Shown here one piece after another: positions 26,893 through 36,796 of a stretch of DNA of 46,919 nt. The notes beneath the pieces are model-generated. The model was not told the DNA's origin. It was given only the letters and a program-made list of their open reading frames with translations, and did not search any database. Origin of the DNA: a virus (lineage: Duplodnaviria > Caudoviricetes); the IMG/VR virus record IMGVR_UViG_3300046788_000219, positions 1 to 46,919 of that record, one strand, 5' to 3'. Each line of letters opens with the position of its first letter. Positions within the stretch are counted from its first letter, which is position 1. The position numbers and the translations under genes were made by a program.

Positions 26893-27254
26893 ATGCGATT
26901 CCCGCAGGATGAGCAAACCGTTCGCCAGGTCGGAATGAGCAGCCAGAGAACGGCCAGCGGAGCCAGAAAAAGCGGGAAGCAAAACGGGATCGCGAACGCG
27001 ACAGACGCCAGCAGCCAAAGCCCAAACAATACCCATCCGACGACGCTGATACTTCTCTTCTGCCCCGGATAATCGTCAGACCCGCAGAACGGACAGGCAA
27101 AGCTACCGCTACGGCGCTGCGCCTTCGCGGGCCGGCTAGTCTCGCCGCCGGCGTCGGAAGGACTGAACACGGCGCGGCAGCCGGGGCATTCAATGAGGAT
27201 GCCAAACGGGCCAGCAACTTGCGTCTGACAATGCGGGCAATTCAAGGTGTCCAT
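26880..27254 (-). CDS. Antisense Zn-ribbon membrane protein (LITAF-like domain)
   Basis: CPHC..CPGC, then CPFC-hydrophobic hairpin-CSSC. Confidence 0.7.
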   Translation of the reverse strand: MDTLNCPHCQTQVAGPFGILIECPGCRAVFSPSDAGGETSRPAKAQRRSGSFACPFCGSDDYPGQKRSISVVGWVLFGLWLLASVAFAIPFCFPLFLAPLAVLWLLIPTWRTVCSSCGNRIHFS

Positions 27255-27297
27255 GGGCCAGCGATTTTCGCACCGGCCCGTGGATGAGGCAAGCAAA

Positions 27298-27687
27298 ATG
27301 AACGCCCGCGTGGATTGGCATGGCGACGAACTCGAGCCGAAGCTCCGCGCGGCAGTCTGGGAGGCAATCGTCCGCTGCACCGAGTTCTTCTGGGCTCACT
27401 GCCTGCAACTCCTGAACATCTCAAACCCTCCGCCGCACAAGACGCCGAGTCAGCCGGGCGAGGCCCCGCGCAAGCGGACGGGGTTTTTGCAGGGGAACGT
27501 TCAGCGTGAGTACGATGAGCCCGCGCTGACCAGCCGAGTCGGGATCAGCAAGAACGCGATCTATGGGCTCTTCCTCGAGTTGGGAACCCGATACATGCGG
27601 CCCCGGCCCTGGCTGATGGCCACGCTGAAGGCGGTCATGCCCCAACTGCAGGCGACCATTGCCGCGGTGAAGCTCGAGGGTGAATGA
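27298..27687 (+). CDS. HK97 gp10-like neck/tail-completion protein
   Basis: PGEAPRKRTGFL, YGLFLELGTRYMRPRPWL. Confidence 0.85.
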   Translation: MNARVDWHGDELEPKLRAAVWEAIVRCTEFFWAHCLQLLNISNPPPHKTPSQPGEAPRKRTGFLQGNVQREYDEPALTSRVGISKNAIYGLFLELGTRYMRPRPWLMATLKAVMPQLQATIAAVKLEGE

Positions 27688-28199
27688 TGCCACTGGACCC
27701 GGCCCCGGTCGAAGATGACGACACCCGGACGGCCTTCCTCGCCCAGCTGGCCGGCGACCCGGACGCCGTAACGGCGCTGGTCGGCGGGATGACGTCGGGC
27801 AAGGTGCTGTCGAAGGTCGTCCAGGGCAAGACGCCGGCAACCCCGATGCCCTACGCCGAGATCGAGTGTGAGCAGGGCCCGAAGCCAAACGAGTACATCG
27901 CCCCCGTGCAGCGCGGCCAGGGCTACCACGATTTCCGGCATGTCACGATCTGCGTCTACGGTGTGCGGGCGGACGCGGTGAAGGCTATGGGCCACCTGCG
28001 CCGGATCTACGAATGGCAGCCGCGGCCGACGACGGAGACGGGCACGCGACAGATGGACGTGCCGAACGCGAGCCTCAAGGCGATTCGGCCGATGCCGGGC
28101 TCGGGCAAGATCGAGCAAGAGAAAGAGCGCGTGGGCGGGAACATCGTGTGGAAGGGCACGCTCGAATTCGAGTGCTGGACAGTGAGGGTGATCGTATGA
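27684..28199 (+). CDS. Putative tail terminator
   Basis: Position; PMPYA motif; size. Confidence 0.55.
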   Translation: MMPLDPAPVEDDDTRTAFLAQLAGDPDAVTALVGGMTSGKVLSKVVQGKTPATPMPYAEIECEQGPKPNEYIAPVQRGQGYHDFRHVTICVYGVRADAVKAMGHLRRIYEWQPRPTTETGTRQMDVPNASLKAIRPMPGSGKIEQEKERVGGNIVWKGTLEFECWTVRVIV

Positions 28200-28432
28200 G
28201 CCGCGTGATCGACCCGAAAGCCTATTCGATGGATCAGCCCTATCCCGTCGTCGGCGCCGCGGCGAAGCAGGCGGGACACGACATCCTGATAGCCGCCTGC
28301 CCGCGCTGTGGTCACAAGCTCGGCGTCGCCGTCGACGAGCAGAACCCCGACGGCCGCGCGCTTTGCCGACCGTGCAGCCTCTGGCTTCATGTGAGCGCCC
28401 CGGCCCAGCAGGAAGCGAAGCCGGCGGAGTAA
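28196..28432 (+). CDS. Small Zn-ribbon protein
   Basis: CPRC, CRPC; ATGA coupling. Confidence 0.65.
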   Translation: MSRVIDPKAYSMDQPYPVVGAAAKQAGHDILIAACPRCGHKLGVAVDEQNPDGRALCRPCSLWLHVSAPAQQEAKPAE

Positions 28433-28476
28433 CGAGAAGAGAGCGAACGCGCTGAACCACGGAAGGGACGGCGGCC

Positions 28477-28899
28477 TTGAACAACTATCAGCCATCACAC
28501 AATTGCCCGGTTCGATTCCAGGTCCTGGGCCAGGGCACCGTCGCTCAGATCAACGTCACCAGCCATGATCTCGATATCGAGGTCCTGCTCTACGACGTCA
28601 CCAACGTGACCCATGGCGGCGACCGGGCCCGGATCGCGGGTCTGCGGGATGCGTCAGCGACCATCAATGCCGACTTCGACGCCGATTATCCGCCCTACCT
28701 GTTCCCGCCAAACATCATCGAAGGCACGAGCGGGATCTTCCTTTTCTACTACTCCGCGCTCGCGCTGGGGCGGCCGATTCAGGTCCCCATGATCATCGGC
28801 AAGATCCACTATTCGATGAAGATTGCCGAACAAACGAAGTGGTCCTTTGACGTGAAGCTCAACAAGCTCGCCGGGTTGCTCGTCTATCCCGGCCTGTAA
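28477..28899 (+). CDS. Tail tube protein
   Basis: DVTN..HGG.RARIAGLRDAS..INADFD motif; TTG start; precedes the chaperone. Confidence 0.7.
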   Translation: MNNYQPSHNCPVRFQVLGQGTVAQINVTSHDLDIEVLLYDVTNVTHGGDRARIAGLRDASATINADFDADYPPYLFPPNIIEGTSGIFLFYYSALALGRPIQVPMIIGKIHYSMKIAEQTKWSFDVKLNKLAGLLVYPGL

Positions 28900-28914
28900 C
28901 ACCAGGGGGAAGCG

Positions 28915-29388
28915 ATGGCATCGGCGATCATGCCGCAACTGGGGCGCGAGGTCACGATTGAGGCGTGCGGGAGGAAGTGGACCCTCGCCCGCATGGAGAT
29001 CGATCGCCTCGAGGAGTTTATCGACTGGCTCCGGCCCCAGCTGCCCGATCCCTTCGCCGGCCTCGAAAAGATCCTGCCGAGCATGTCGCGCGAGGATGCG
29101 CTGAAGGAGATCAAGGAAGCCCGGGCCGCGGCGATCATGGATTACGACTCCCCCGCGATCCAGTCCGCTCTGACGACGGTGCGCGGCCGGCTGCGCATGT
29201 TCTACCTGTGCCTTCGCGTCAATCACCCCGAGATCAAGCTGGCCGACGCTTTCGCGATCGTCACGGAGATGGGGGAGAAGGAAATCGAGCGGGCTCTTGC
29301 CGCGGCATCGGGCACGGCTGGAAAAAAAAAGGACCAGGAAGCCGTCGCAGCGGCGCCATCGACTGGGGCGTCATCCTTCGTCGATTGA
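28915..29388 (+). CDS. Tail assembly chaperone (gpG-like); -1 frameshift extends it to 29612 (gpGT-like)
   Basis: Between tail tube and tape measure; slippery site; the -1 frame encodes IDWGVILRRL...PWEIRRLTIPEV. Confidence 0.85.
   Translation: MASAIMPQLGREVTIEACGRKWTLARMEIDRLEEFIDWLRPQLPDPFAGLEKILPSMSREDALKEIKEARAAAIMDYDSPAIQSALTTVRGRLRMFYLCLRVNHPEIKLADAFAIVTEMGEKEIERALAAASGTAGKKKDQEAVAAAPSTGASSFVD
29320..29331 (+). other. Programmed -1 ribosomal frameshift site
   Basis: GGA AAA AAA AAG contains an in-frame A AAA AAG. Confidence 0.85.
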
Positions 29389-29608
29389 TGGCCGGAGGCA
29401 TGGATGGGCCTGGCCTTCGCCCCTGGGAGATCCGGCGGCTTACGATCCCCGAAGTGATGGGCTACCTGGAAGATCCCGGCACAGGCCCACGGCCGCCTGA
29501 GAACGGCGAGCCGATTTACAGCTACAAGGATCACCTCGAGTACATCGCCCGACGCCGGGCAATGCCGATTCTGGAGCGCCTGCAGGAAGCACGCGCAGAG
29601 GTTCAAGG

Positions 29609-30532
29609 ATGAAGCTGGCTGAGCTGTTCGTTCAATTCACGGCGAAGGGCACCGAAGGCCTCAAAGCGGCTACGGCGGAGGTGCGCTCGGACCTGGATAA
29701 GACGGCGAAGTCCATCCATGCCGGCCTGGAGGAAGCCTTCGGCAAGGAACACGCCGCGCCCACGATGAAGGAGTTTGCCAAGGACAACCCCGGCAACGTC
29801 TCCTCTGGCGGCATCGCCGGAATGCTCGAAAGCATCCTCAAGCCGGCCGGGCTCGCCCTTGCTGGCTTCGCCGCAGCCGCAGCCGCCAGCTTCGCCGCGA
29901 TGGCCGTCTCCGGCATCCAGAACAGCGCCCAGTGGGATGCGATCACCCTGCAGCTCGGCTTGCTGAGTCGTGAGTTCGGCAGCGTCTTCCTTCCCGTCGT
30001 GGAGCTGGTTTCCGATGTGCTCGCGCGGATGATCCCGATTGCCGAGATGTTCACCGACATGATGCAGCCGGCGATTCAGACGCTCACCGACTCCTTCTTC
30101 AAGGTCCTCGACGCCGTTTCCCCGCTGGTTAAGGCCCTGGTCATGACCGAGGCCGTCTGGCTGAGCACTATTTTAGAAGTCGTCTCTATCGTCGTGGACG
30201 TCTTCGTTCCCGTGATCCAGGTGGCGGCGAACGCCCTGAAATGGTTCGCGGATACCCTTCGCCAGGTGCTGAATCAGATCCGCTCGGTATTCGGGCTGAA
30301 GGATCTGACCAACGTGCAGAAGGGCAGCGCCGCGCGATTGGGTGCCCGCACGGGCGGCTTCGAAGACGTGACAGCCGCCTACCAACGCATTGCCAAGCTG
30401 AGCCTCGCCGCCAGCTTCGGCGGCAAGAGCCGGGAGGCGAGGCAACTGGAAGTCGCCGAGCAATCGCTGGGCGTTCTGGGAGCGATCGAAGGCAACACCG
30501 GCCGGGCGGAGCCCGCCGTCACCACACGGTAA
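29609..30532 (+). CDS. Short tape measure protein (307 aa)
   Basis: MKLAELFVQFTA start, amphipathic Ala-rich helices, position after the chaperone. Confidence 0.8.
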   Translation: MKLAELFVQFTAKGTEGLKAATAEVRSDLDKTAKSIHAGLEEAFGKEHAAPTMKEFAKDNPGNVSSGGIAGMLESILKPAGLALAGFAAAAAASFAAMAVSGIQNSAQWDAITLQLGLLSREFGSVFLPVVELVSDVLARMIPIAEMFTDMMQPAIQTLTDSFFKVLDAVSPLVKALVMTEAVWLSTILEVVSIVVDVFVPVIQVAANALKWFADTLRQVLNQIRSVFGLKDLTNVQKGSAARLGARTGGFEDVTAAYQRIAKLSLAASFGGKSREARQLEVAEQSLGVLGAIEGNTGRAEPAVTTR

Positions 30533-30544
30533 GGATGCCGCGAC

Positions 30545-31669
30545 ATGCCGCTAATCCCCGTCGCTGGCGGCTTCATCCCCGCCGGCAACATCCAGAACGA
30601 GCCGGCCGGCGATATCGGCGCAAACAAGCTCATCAATCAAAGCGGCATCACGTCGAAGGTGACCAGCTATCCCGCCGGCTGGTACGAGGTCGAAGGCTAC
30701 CGCGAGATCATGAACAACGATCAGCAGATCGTTTACCGCTATTTCGAGGGTCCGTGGGTCAGCCGGAAGGCCTTCTATGATTTCATGTTGGGCTACAGCT
30801 ACACCGACACGAGCGGCACGATCAGCCGGCAGATCCCGAAGAATCACGAGGAGTACACCTGGCTCTATGCCGTCGATTGCGAACTGATCGAGGGCAAGGG
30901 AGCGATCACGGCGACGCTCGACAATGCCACGCCTCCCAACCAGACGGGCGTGATCGAATACGTCAACACGGACCCGACGGTGCCGACCAGCGGCGTCACG
31001 GGCATCGCGAAAGTGAAGATCACCTATCGCTGGCTCGATTACGAGATTCGCAGCGATGAGGAGCTTCGGGACACGTTCAACAATGACGAGCTTTACCGGA
31101 ATGTCACGCGGCATTCGGATTGGGCGATAAAAGCGCTGCCGATCCCCGGCGCAACGAAACTACGATTCGCCGAAGCGCCGCTCCTCAATAAGCCGATCGA
31201 GGCTGGCCTGGCTCAGTTCATCTTCCCGACGCGAGAGATCACGTACACCTGGCATGACGTGCCGGACGTGCCCCAGGTGAATATCGACCTTTGCTCCGGC
31301 TCCGTGAATGACGCTGCTTTCGATGTGCCGATTCAAGTAGGCGGTTTTCCGGTGAGCGGGTACGGCTCCGAAACCGACGGCTACCCGGCGCAGACGCTGC
31401 TTTTCATCACGCCGAAGGTCATACGCAAGCGATCCGTCCTGGGCCGCGTCTCCTTCGACATTGCGTATAAGTTCCTCTACCAGCCCCAGGGATGGAATAA
31501 GTTCCCGGCGATCGTAGAGGATCCTGTCACTCACAAGACATCTCTGAAGTTTGTGCTCGCGACCTTCGATGGCACCGCGACCGGGCAGACGGTCTATACG
31601 CCGTTCGCCTTCGATCTTCTCTTTAAGGCCCCCAACCAAAAGGGCCGCTACCAGAACGGCAACTGGTAA
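30545..31669 (+). CDS. Putative tail tip/baseplate protein
   Basis: Position after TMP; GSVND, AQTLLF, YKFLY...GWNK. Confidence 0.65.
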   Translation: MPLIPVAGGFIPAGNIQNEPAGDIGANKLINQSGITSKVTSYPAGWYEVEGYREIMNNDQQIVYRYFEGPWVSRKAFYDFMLGYSYTDTSGTISRQIPKNHEEYTWLYAVDCELIEGKGAITATLDNATPPNQTGVIEYVNTDPTVPTSGVTGIAKVKITYRWLDYEIRSDEELRDTFNNDELYRNVTRHSDWAIKALPIPGATKLRFAEAPLLNKPIEAGLAQFIFPTREITYTWHDVPDVPQVNIDLCSGSVNDAAFDVPIQVGGFPVSGYGSETDGYPAQTLLFITPKVIRKRSVLGRVSFDIAYKFLYQPQGWNKFPAIVEDPVTHKTSLKFVLATFDGTATGQTVYTPFAFDLLFKAPNQKGRYQNGNW

Positions 31670-31671
31670 CC

Positions 31672-32829
31672 ATGAACGGGCGCGACTTCCATTTAGTGAA
31701 CGACCGCGGCCAGCTCCGGGTTTCCGAGCTGCAGCGGATGGGTGCGCTCGCCGGCGCGGCCGTGATGGGCCCGCTCGGCGCGATCGGCGGCTACGCCTAT
31801 GCGACAACGCTCGGCACGCTTCTCAATATCGATCTGCCGTTCTACCCGCTACTCTCAATCACGGGGGCGCAGAAAGCGGATAAGTCCTGGCCCTTCAAGC
31901 AAGTCGTGGAGATCCCGACTCAGCCGATCACCTACGAGGATCCGGCCAATCCGATCACGGATGCGCTGATTCCGCTTTTCGAGATCAATAACGACGCGAT
32001 CGCCGACAACACGGTTGTGCGGGCCTGGCTGAGCGAGGATGGGACGCACTATCTTTGCTCGGTAACTGGGACCGGCAGCACCACGCAAACCGTCGTCCAA
32101 GTGCTCTCCCAAACGCCTGCCGGCGGCGGGACCTTCGGAGCACAGAACATCTACCCGGCCGTCGTCGGGGTGTGGGATGCGCTCCATAGCGTTTTCGTTT
32201 TCAGCGGCGCCCGCATTTGGCTGGTGAATCCGGATCTGAGCCTGCCGCAATTCTTCAATGGCGTCCCCAATCCCGGCGTTTATTCAGCCGGCCCGCTCGG
32301 CGTGACGTTTACCGGAACCCATGCCCTGGTTGCCCCGCCGGGAACGCTTCCGCTCTACGTCACGAGCCAGAACCCTCCGGCGACAGGAACCGGCCCGGGA
32401 ATCGTGAACACGGTCAATCAGACGCTGGGCGCGGGAACGAAGACGTTCACGAATGACATCGTTCTCGGACGGGACCCGACTCTAAACCTCTTTTCGATCG
32501 AGGCTGCGGGACAGATTTCTTGCACCGACTTGCTCACCATAGCTAGCCCATCGTCTCCGGGTTCGCTCGTTCAGTTCGGGACTCAGGGGTCCAGTGGAGT
32601 AATGCAACTCAACAGCGGAGCCGTTGTCATTCAAGCGATGGTTGGCGCCGGCCCATTTTTCGGGATTCAGCAACTGGGCGGAGGCGCCTCCGCCGCTAAC
32701 TTCGCCGTCTGGCGCGGCGGCCCGAATGTCTGGGAAATCGGAGTCGATGGAACCATGGCTGACGGTAGCAAGGTTTTCGGCGGGATCATCACCCAGATCG
32801 GCGCCGGCGGCTTCACGGGGGTGCTCTGA
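31672..32829 (+). CDS. Putative tail tip/spike protein
   Basis: Gly/Thr-rich, 385 aa, within the tail module. Confidence 0.6.
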   Translation: MNGRDFHLVNDRGQLRVSELQRMGALAGAAVMGPLGAIGGYAYATTLGTLLNIDLPFYPLLSITGAQKADKSWPFKQVVEIPTQPITYEDPANPITDALIPLFEINNDAIADNTVVRAWLSEDGTHYLCSVTGTGSTTQTVVQVLSQTPAGGGTFGAQNIYPAVVGVWDALHSVFVFSGARIWLVNPDLSLPQFFNGVPNPGVYSAGPLGVTFTGTHALVAPPGTLPLYVTSQNPPATGTGPGIVNTVNQTLGAGTKTFTNDIVLGRDPTLNLFSIEAAGQISCTDLLTIASPSSPGSLVQFGTQGSSGVMQLNSGAVVIQAMVGAGPFFGIQQLGGGASAANFAVWRGGPNVWEIGVDGTMADGSKVFGGIITQIGAGGFTGVL

Positions 32830-35093
32830 TGCCCCGGAAGTTCGTGCAAACCCTGACCGTCGCGAATGGCCTGATCCAGTCCGGCGCGAGCGATTTCATC
32901 CTGGCCAGCGATCTCCCCGCCTTCACCTGGTCCAGCATCACCGGCACGCCTACCACGCTGGGCGGCTACGGGATCACGGACGCCCAGCCGCTCGACTCCA
33001 CGCTGACCGCCCTGGCCGCCTTCAACACGAACGGACTGGTCACCCAGACCGCGGCCGACACGTTCACCGGGCGCACGCTCACCGGCACGGCAAGCCGCGT
33101 CGCCGTGACGAATGGGGATGGCGTTGCGGGCAATCCGACGGTGGACATCGACGCCGCCTATGCCGGCCAGGCGAGCATCGTCACGGTGGGCACGATCACC
33201 TCGGGGATGTGGCAGAGCAACGTGATCGATTCGACGTATGGCGGGACAGGGGTGAACAACGCTGGCCGGACGCTCACCATTTCATCGCAAAATGCGCACC
33301 TATCCTTTTCGTCCAGCTGGACCTTGAGCGTCACAGCGGACGCGACGGTCAGCGGCACGAACACGGGCGATCAGACGATCACGCTCACGGGGGCAGTGAC
33401 CGGATCGGGAACGAGCAGTTTCGCGACGACTATCGCCACGCCGGGAACTCTGACCGTCGCCAGCACGAATAGCACGGCCACGGCTCACACCCATGCCGTC
33501 ACGTCGAGCAGCGCCCCAGGAGCGGCGGCTTCGATCCTCGCGACCGATGCAAGCGGAATCATTGGCTCGACCGGAACGCGGATCGTCAAAGGCTGGTTCA
33601 TTGACCTGACCGTCACGAACGCGATCGCCGGTTCGATCACCGGCAACGCGGCCACGGTGACCCATGCCACGCTCACCACTGCCTTGACCGTGAACGGTGG
33701 GACACTGACGCTAACAGCAAACGCCGCGAATACCTCCGTTCTCACGATCGGAGCCGGTGCCGTCTCGGTGTCAGGGAGCAATACGGGCGATCAGACCATC
33801 ACCCTCACCGGCGATGTCACCGGCAGCGGCACCAGCTCCTTCGTGACGACGCTAAAGAACACCGGCACGGCGGGCACCTACAACTCCGTCACGACCGACG
33901 CCGCGGGCCGGGTGACTGCCGGGGCGAATCCGAGCGACGGCGGTTTCCTGGAAATGGTCAACACGACGCTCACCAGCGTCCCCATTGATCTCCTCGTTTG
34001 CGGGCGGGCCACGCTGACGACGGGCACGCCGGTTGCTGATGCGACCGCGCAAACCTCCGTATTCTGGACGCCCTACAAGGGAAATCGCATCGTTCTCTTC
34101 GATGGGACGCGCGATATTCCCGTGACGTTCTCCGAGCAGACTTTCAAACTCACCGACTCCGCGCAGACCGGCGGGACTATCACCGGAACGACAATCACCG
34201 GCCTCACGGACACCTCGAAACTGTTCGTCGGCATGAAGCTGTCGGCCTCGACCGGCACGGGCACGCTGGCGGCGAACACAACGATTGCGACGATCGCAGG
34301 CGGAACCTCGATCACGGTCAATAATGCCGCATCGGTCAACGGCACGCTGACCAACCTCGTTTTCAAGATGCCGCTGAACAGCAATATCGACGTGTTCGGG
34401 GTCTATTCGGCTGGTCTAGTCTTGAGGCCGGGCACGCTCTGGACGAACCAGACGACGCGCGCGGATACGGTGGCGATCGCGAACGACGGGCGCTGGTTCA
34501 ATACGTCAGTGGTGCGGAATACGCAGAACAACTCGATCGCGGCCAACGCCGGATTGCTCCTCTACACAGTCGCCACGAACGGCACCGACGGGCAGACAGA
34601 CGACTCACCTGGCAGCGGCGCGACGGCGGCGAGCCGGCTCTTGCTGAACTGGTACAACCGTGTCTCTCGCTCAATCACCATGTGCCCCGGCTATGTGGAC
34701 GATAACACCGCGACGTCCTACACCACGGCATCGACAACTTTTGTTGCGGCGAACAGCGGAACGGGCGCAACAATCAATTTCCTGTCATCGGGGGAAGATG
34801 CTTTCTCCGTGGACGCCTTCACGAACACGACAAACAATGGCGCCGGATCAAACTTCATCGGCATCGGCATCGACTCGACTTCGACGGCGGTAGCGGCCGG
34901 CGTCGTCACGCCGGGAACCACGCTTACCAATGCCGGCTCCAACTGGTCCGCGGTCGCCAGCGTCGGCTTGCATTCGATCAATCTGCTTGTCTGCGTCAGT
35001 GCCAATACGGGAACGTTCTTCGCCGACACGACACGCCGGGGCGGGGCAAGCGATCCGACGGTCACCGGCATCAGGGGGACAATCTTCGCATGA
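32829..35093 (+). CDS. Tail fibre/receptor-binding protein
   Basis: 754 aa, Thr/Gly-rich; GTPTTLGGYGITDAQPLD and TYNSVTTDAAGRVTAG fibre motifs. Confidence 0.85.
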   Translation: MPRKFVQTLTVANGLIQSGASDFILASDLPAFTWSSITGTPTTLGGYGITDAQPLDSTLTALAAFNTNGLVTQTAADTFTGRTLTGTASRVAVTNGDGVAGNPTVDIDAAYAGQASIVTVGTITSGMWQSNVIDSTYGGTGVNNAGRTLTISSQNAHLSFSSSWTLSVTADATVSGTNTGDQTITLTGAVTGSGTSSFATTIATPGTLTVASTNSTATAHTHAVTSSSAPGAAASILATDASGIIGSTGTRIVKGWFIDLTVTNAIAGSITGNAATVTHATLTTALTVNGGTLTLTANAANTSVLTIGAGAVSVSGSNTGDQTITLTGDVTGSGTSSFVTTLKNTGTAGTYNSVTTDAAGRVTAGANPSDGGFLEMVNTTLTSVPIDLLVCGRATLTTGTPVADATAQTSVFWTPYKGNRIVLFDGTRDIPVTFSEQTFKLTDSAQTGGTITGTTITGLTDTSKLFVGMKLSASTGTGTLAANTTIATIAGGTSITVNNAASVNGTLTNLVFKMPLNSNIDVFGVYSAGLVLRPGTLWTNQTTRADTVAIANDGRWFNTSVVRNTQNNSIAANAGLLLYTVATNGTDGQTDDSPGSGATAASRLLLNWYNRVSRSITMCPGYVDDNTATSYTTASTTFVAANSGTGATINFLSSGEDAFSVDAFTNTTNNGAGSNFIGIGIDSTSTAVAAGVVTPGTTLTNAGSNWSAVASVGLHSINLLVCVSANTGTFFADTTRRGGASDPTVTGIRGTIFA

Positions 35094-35854
35094 ACTATCC
35101 ATTCTCGATCAGCGTCATCATCCCGCTCGATCTCAAAGTCCTCATCGCGGCCTCACTGCCGTCCGTCATCGACGTGTCCGTGAGCGGCGGGACGCCTGAT
35201 TCGTCAGGGCAAGTATTCACGAACCCCACGGCGGTAAACGTCCTCTTTCCGTCGCCGCTATCCGACCCTGACGTGGCGACCATGAATGGCATCGTCGCGG
35301 CCTACAATCCGTTAGCCTCAGTGCAAGCGATCGCTGATGCCAGCATGTACGCGACGGACGTAACGATCATCAAAACGGCCTTCGACGTTCAGACGCAGGT
35401 GGGCCTCGTAACGCTGCTCAGCTTCATCCTGCTCCAGAGGCTGACGACGCCAGGAGCGTTGGCGAATCGGCTGGCATACCTGATGGGATATTTCACCTGG
35501 GCGGGCAACATCTACAACGCCTGCTTGGCCGCGCAAGCGGCGATCAATGCCGCCTTGACCCCGGCCGCCGCTCTGGCCGTGACGTTCGGACCCACGCAGA
35601 TAAAGACGGGCGATCTAACTGCTTCCACGCACACAATCGCCAACCTGTCTTCGACCGTGCAGATTTCCGTCGGGATGGTCGTCACCGGAACCGGCATCAC
35701 TGGCACGACCTGCACGGTGGCCACGGTGCCGAGCGGAACGAGCGTCACCCTTTCCGGGGGCACGTTGGCCAACCAGTCCGGGCAGAGTTACACGTTCACG
35801 TTGCCGGCGGCGCCGAACGTGACCATCCAGGGCGCGACGGCGATCAACAATTAG
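35090..35854 (+). CDS. Tail-fibre associated protein
   Basis: ATGA-coupled to the fibre; shares a VGM-containing beta module with it. Confidence 0.65.
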   Translation: MNYPFSISVIIPLDLKVLIAASLPSVIDVSVSGGTPDSSGQVFTNPTAVNVLFPSPLSDPDVATMNGIVAAYNPLASVQAIADASMYATDVTIIKTAFDVQTQVGLVTLLSFILLQRLTTPGALANRLAYLMGYFTWAGNIYNACLAAQAAINAALTPAAALAVTFGPTQIKTGDLTASTHTIANLSSTVQISVGMVVTGTGITGTTCTVATVPSGTSVTLSGGTLANQSGQSYTFTLPAAPNVTIQGATAINN

Positions 35855-35887
35855 CCCGCGGACTATCGCGCCCGGCATGATGCCCTG

Positions 35888-36067
35888 ATGATCGAGCGCC
35901 CGAAGGTTGATCCCGACACCCTCTCGGCCATCCGCCAGATGCCGGCGGCCCTGAAGACGCACGGCGATTCCCTGGACGGCCTGAGCCGGTCGATGGACTG
36001 GCTTTCGCTGGCCGTGTTTACCGGGCTGATCGGCGCGGCGATCATCTGGCGCGGAGGCAAGTCGTGA
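35888..36067 (+). CDS. Small membrane protein, 59 aa (not in the ORF track)
   Basis: MIERPKVD...WLSLAVFTGLIGAAIIWRGGKS. Confidence 0.6.
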   Translation: MIERPKVDPDTLSAIRQMPAALKTHGDSLDGLSRSMDWLSLAVFTGLIGAAIIWRGGKS

Positions 36068-36207
36068 AGGACTGGACGCTAATTGTGGTGCTCGCTCTCG
36101 GTCTGGGCCTCGCCTGGCTTGCCGATCAGACGCCCGCGAAGGCCCCGCCCGTGAAGCCGGCGCCCGCGCCCGTCGTGCCGGCGCCGAAGCCGAAGAAGCC
36201 TTGTTGA
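36064..36207 (+). CDS. Small membrane-anchored Pro-rich protein, 47 aa
   Basis: GGAGG RBS, GTGA overlap; MKDWTLIVVLALGLGLAWLA...PKPKKPC. Confidence 0.65.
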   Translation: MKDWTLIVVLALGLGLAWLADQTPAKAPPVKPAPAPVVPAPKPKKPC

Positions 36208-36241
36208 CCTACTTGCGGGCGGCCGGTTCGGTCGCTGGACA

Positions 36242-36397
36242 ATGACCCCGTTTCCGACTGACCTACCGCCGCTGCCGCCCATGCCACGCCCGCCGCTCAT
36301 GTGGTGGGATCTGAACGAGCTGGCGGCGCTGATGCGGATTCTCGTGTCCGGCGGGCTGTGGTTGTGGGACCTGTTACGGGCAGTCGTATTGAGGTAG
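36242..36397 (+). CDS. Small hydrophobic protein, 51 aa
   Basis: MTPFPTDLPP...LWLWDLLRAVVLR; weak RBS. Confidence 0.45.
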   Translation: MTPFPTDLPPLPPMPRPPLMWWDLNELAALMRILVSGGLWLWDLLRAVVLR

Positions 36398-36401
36398 GGC
36401 C

Positions 36402-36494
36402 TTGAGCGAACCCGCGCTGAATTCCCTGGTCGCTATCGCTTTCGGGCTCGTCTGGTTTGCGCTCGGTGTCTGGGTGGGGAGAGACATGAAATGA
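36402..36494 (+). CDS. Tiny single-helix membrane peptide, 30 aa
   Basis: GAGGT RBS, TTG start, ATGA-coupled to the next gene. Confidence 0.5.
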   Translation: MSEPALNSLVAIAFGLVWFALGVWVGRDMK

Positions 36495-36793
36495 AAAAGG
36501 CTCGATCGTTCTTCCTGCTGTTGCTCCTCATGACCGCTGCCTACGTCGGCGGTTTCTGGCAGGGTTGGCGCATGCCGATCTCGCGCGTGAACTGCTGCGT
36601 CGGCGAATGCGCCTGCGACAAATGCAAATGCTGCGCAGCCTGCACGCCGACGGTCAAGCCGATCCCTGAGCCGTTTTTGTCGATGGAAACCGCAGAGTTT
36701 CGCATTCAGTGGACCGAGGGAAAAGATCGCTGCATCTTTAGCGCGATCGAAAAGAGCACGGGCGAGCCGCTTCTGATGCCCTACATCGAGTAA
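36491..36793 (+). CDS. Membrane-anchored Cys-rich protein
   Basis: N-terminal TM helix; NCCVGECACDKCKCCAAC. Confidence 0.7.
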   Translation: MKKARSFFLLLLLMTAAYVGGFWQGWRMPISRVNCCVGECACDKCKCCAACTPTVKPIPEPFLSMETAEFRIQWTEGKDRCIFSAIEKSTGEPLLMPYIE

Positions 36794-36796
36794 ACC

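Noticed and set aside
32829-35854. Diversity-generating retroelement or invertible fibre cassette
   Set aside because: No reverse transcriptase or invertase; repeat differences are not adenine-specific
36205-36261. TGA readthrough or selenocysteine at KKPC*PTC
   Set aside because: No SECIS evident; TGA is a normal stop throughout the genome
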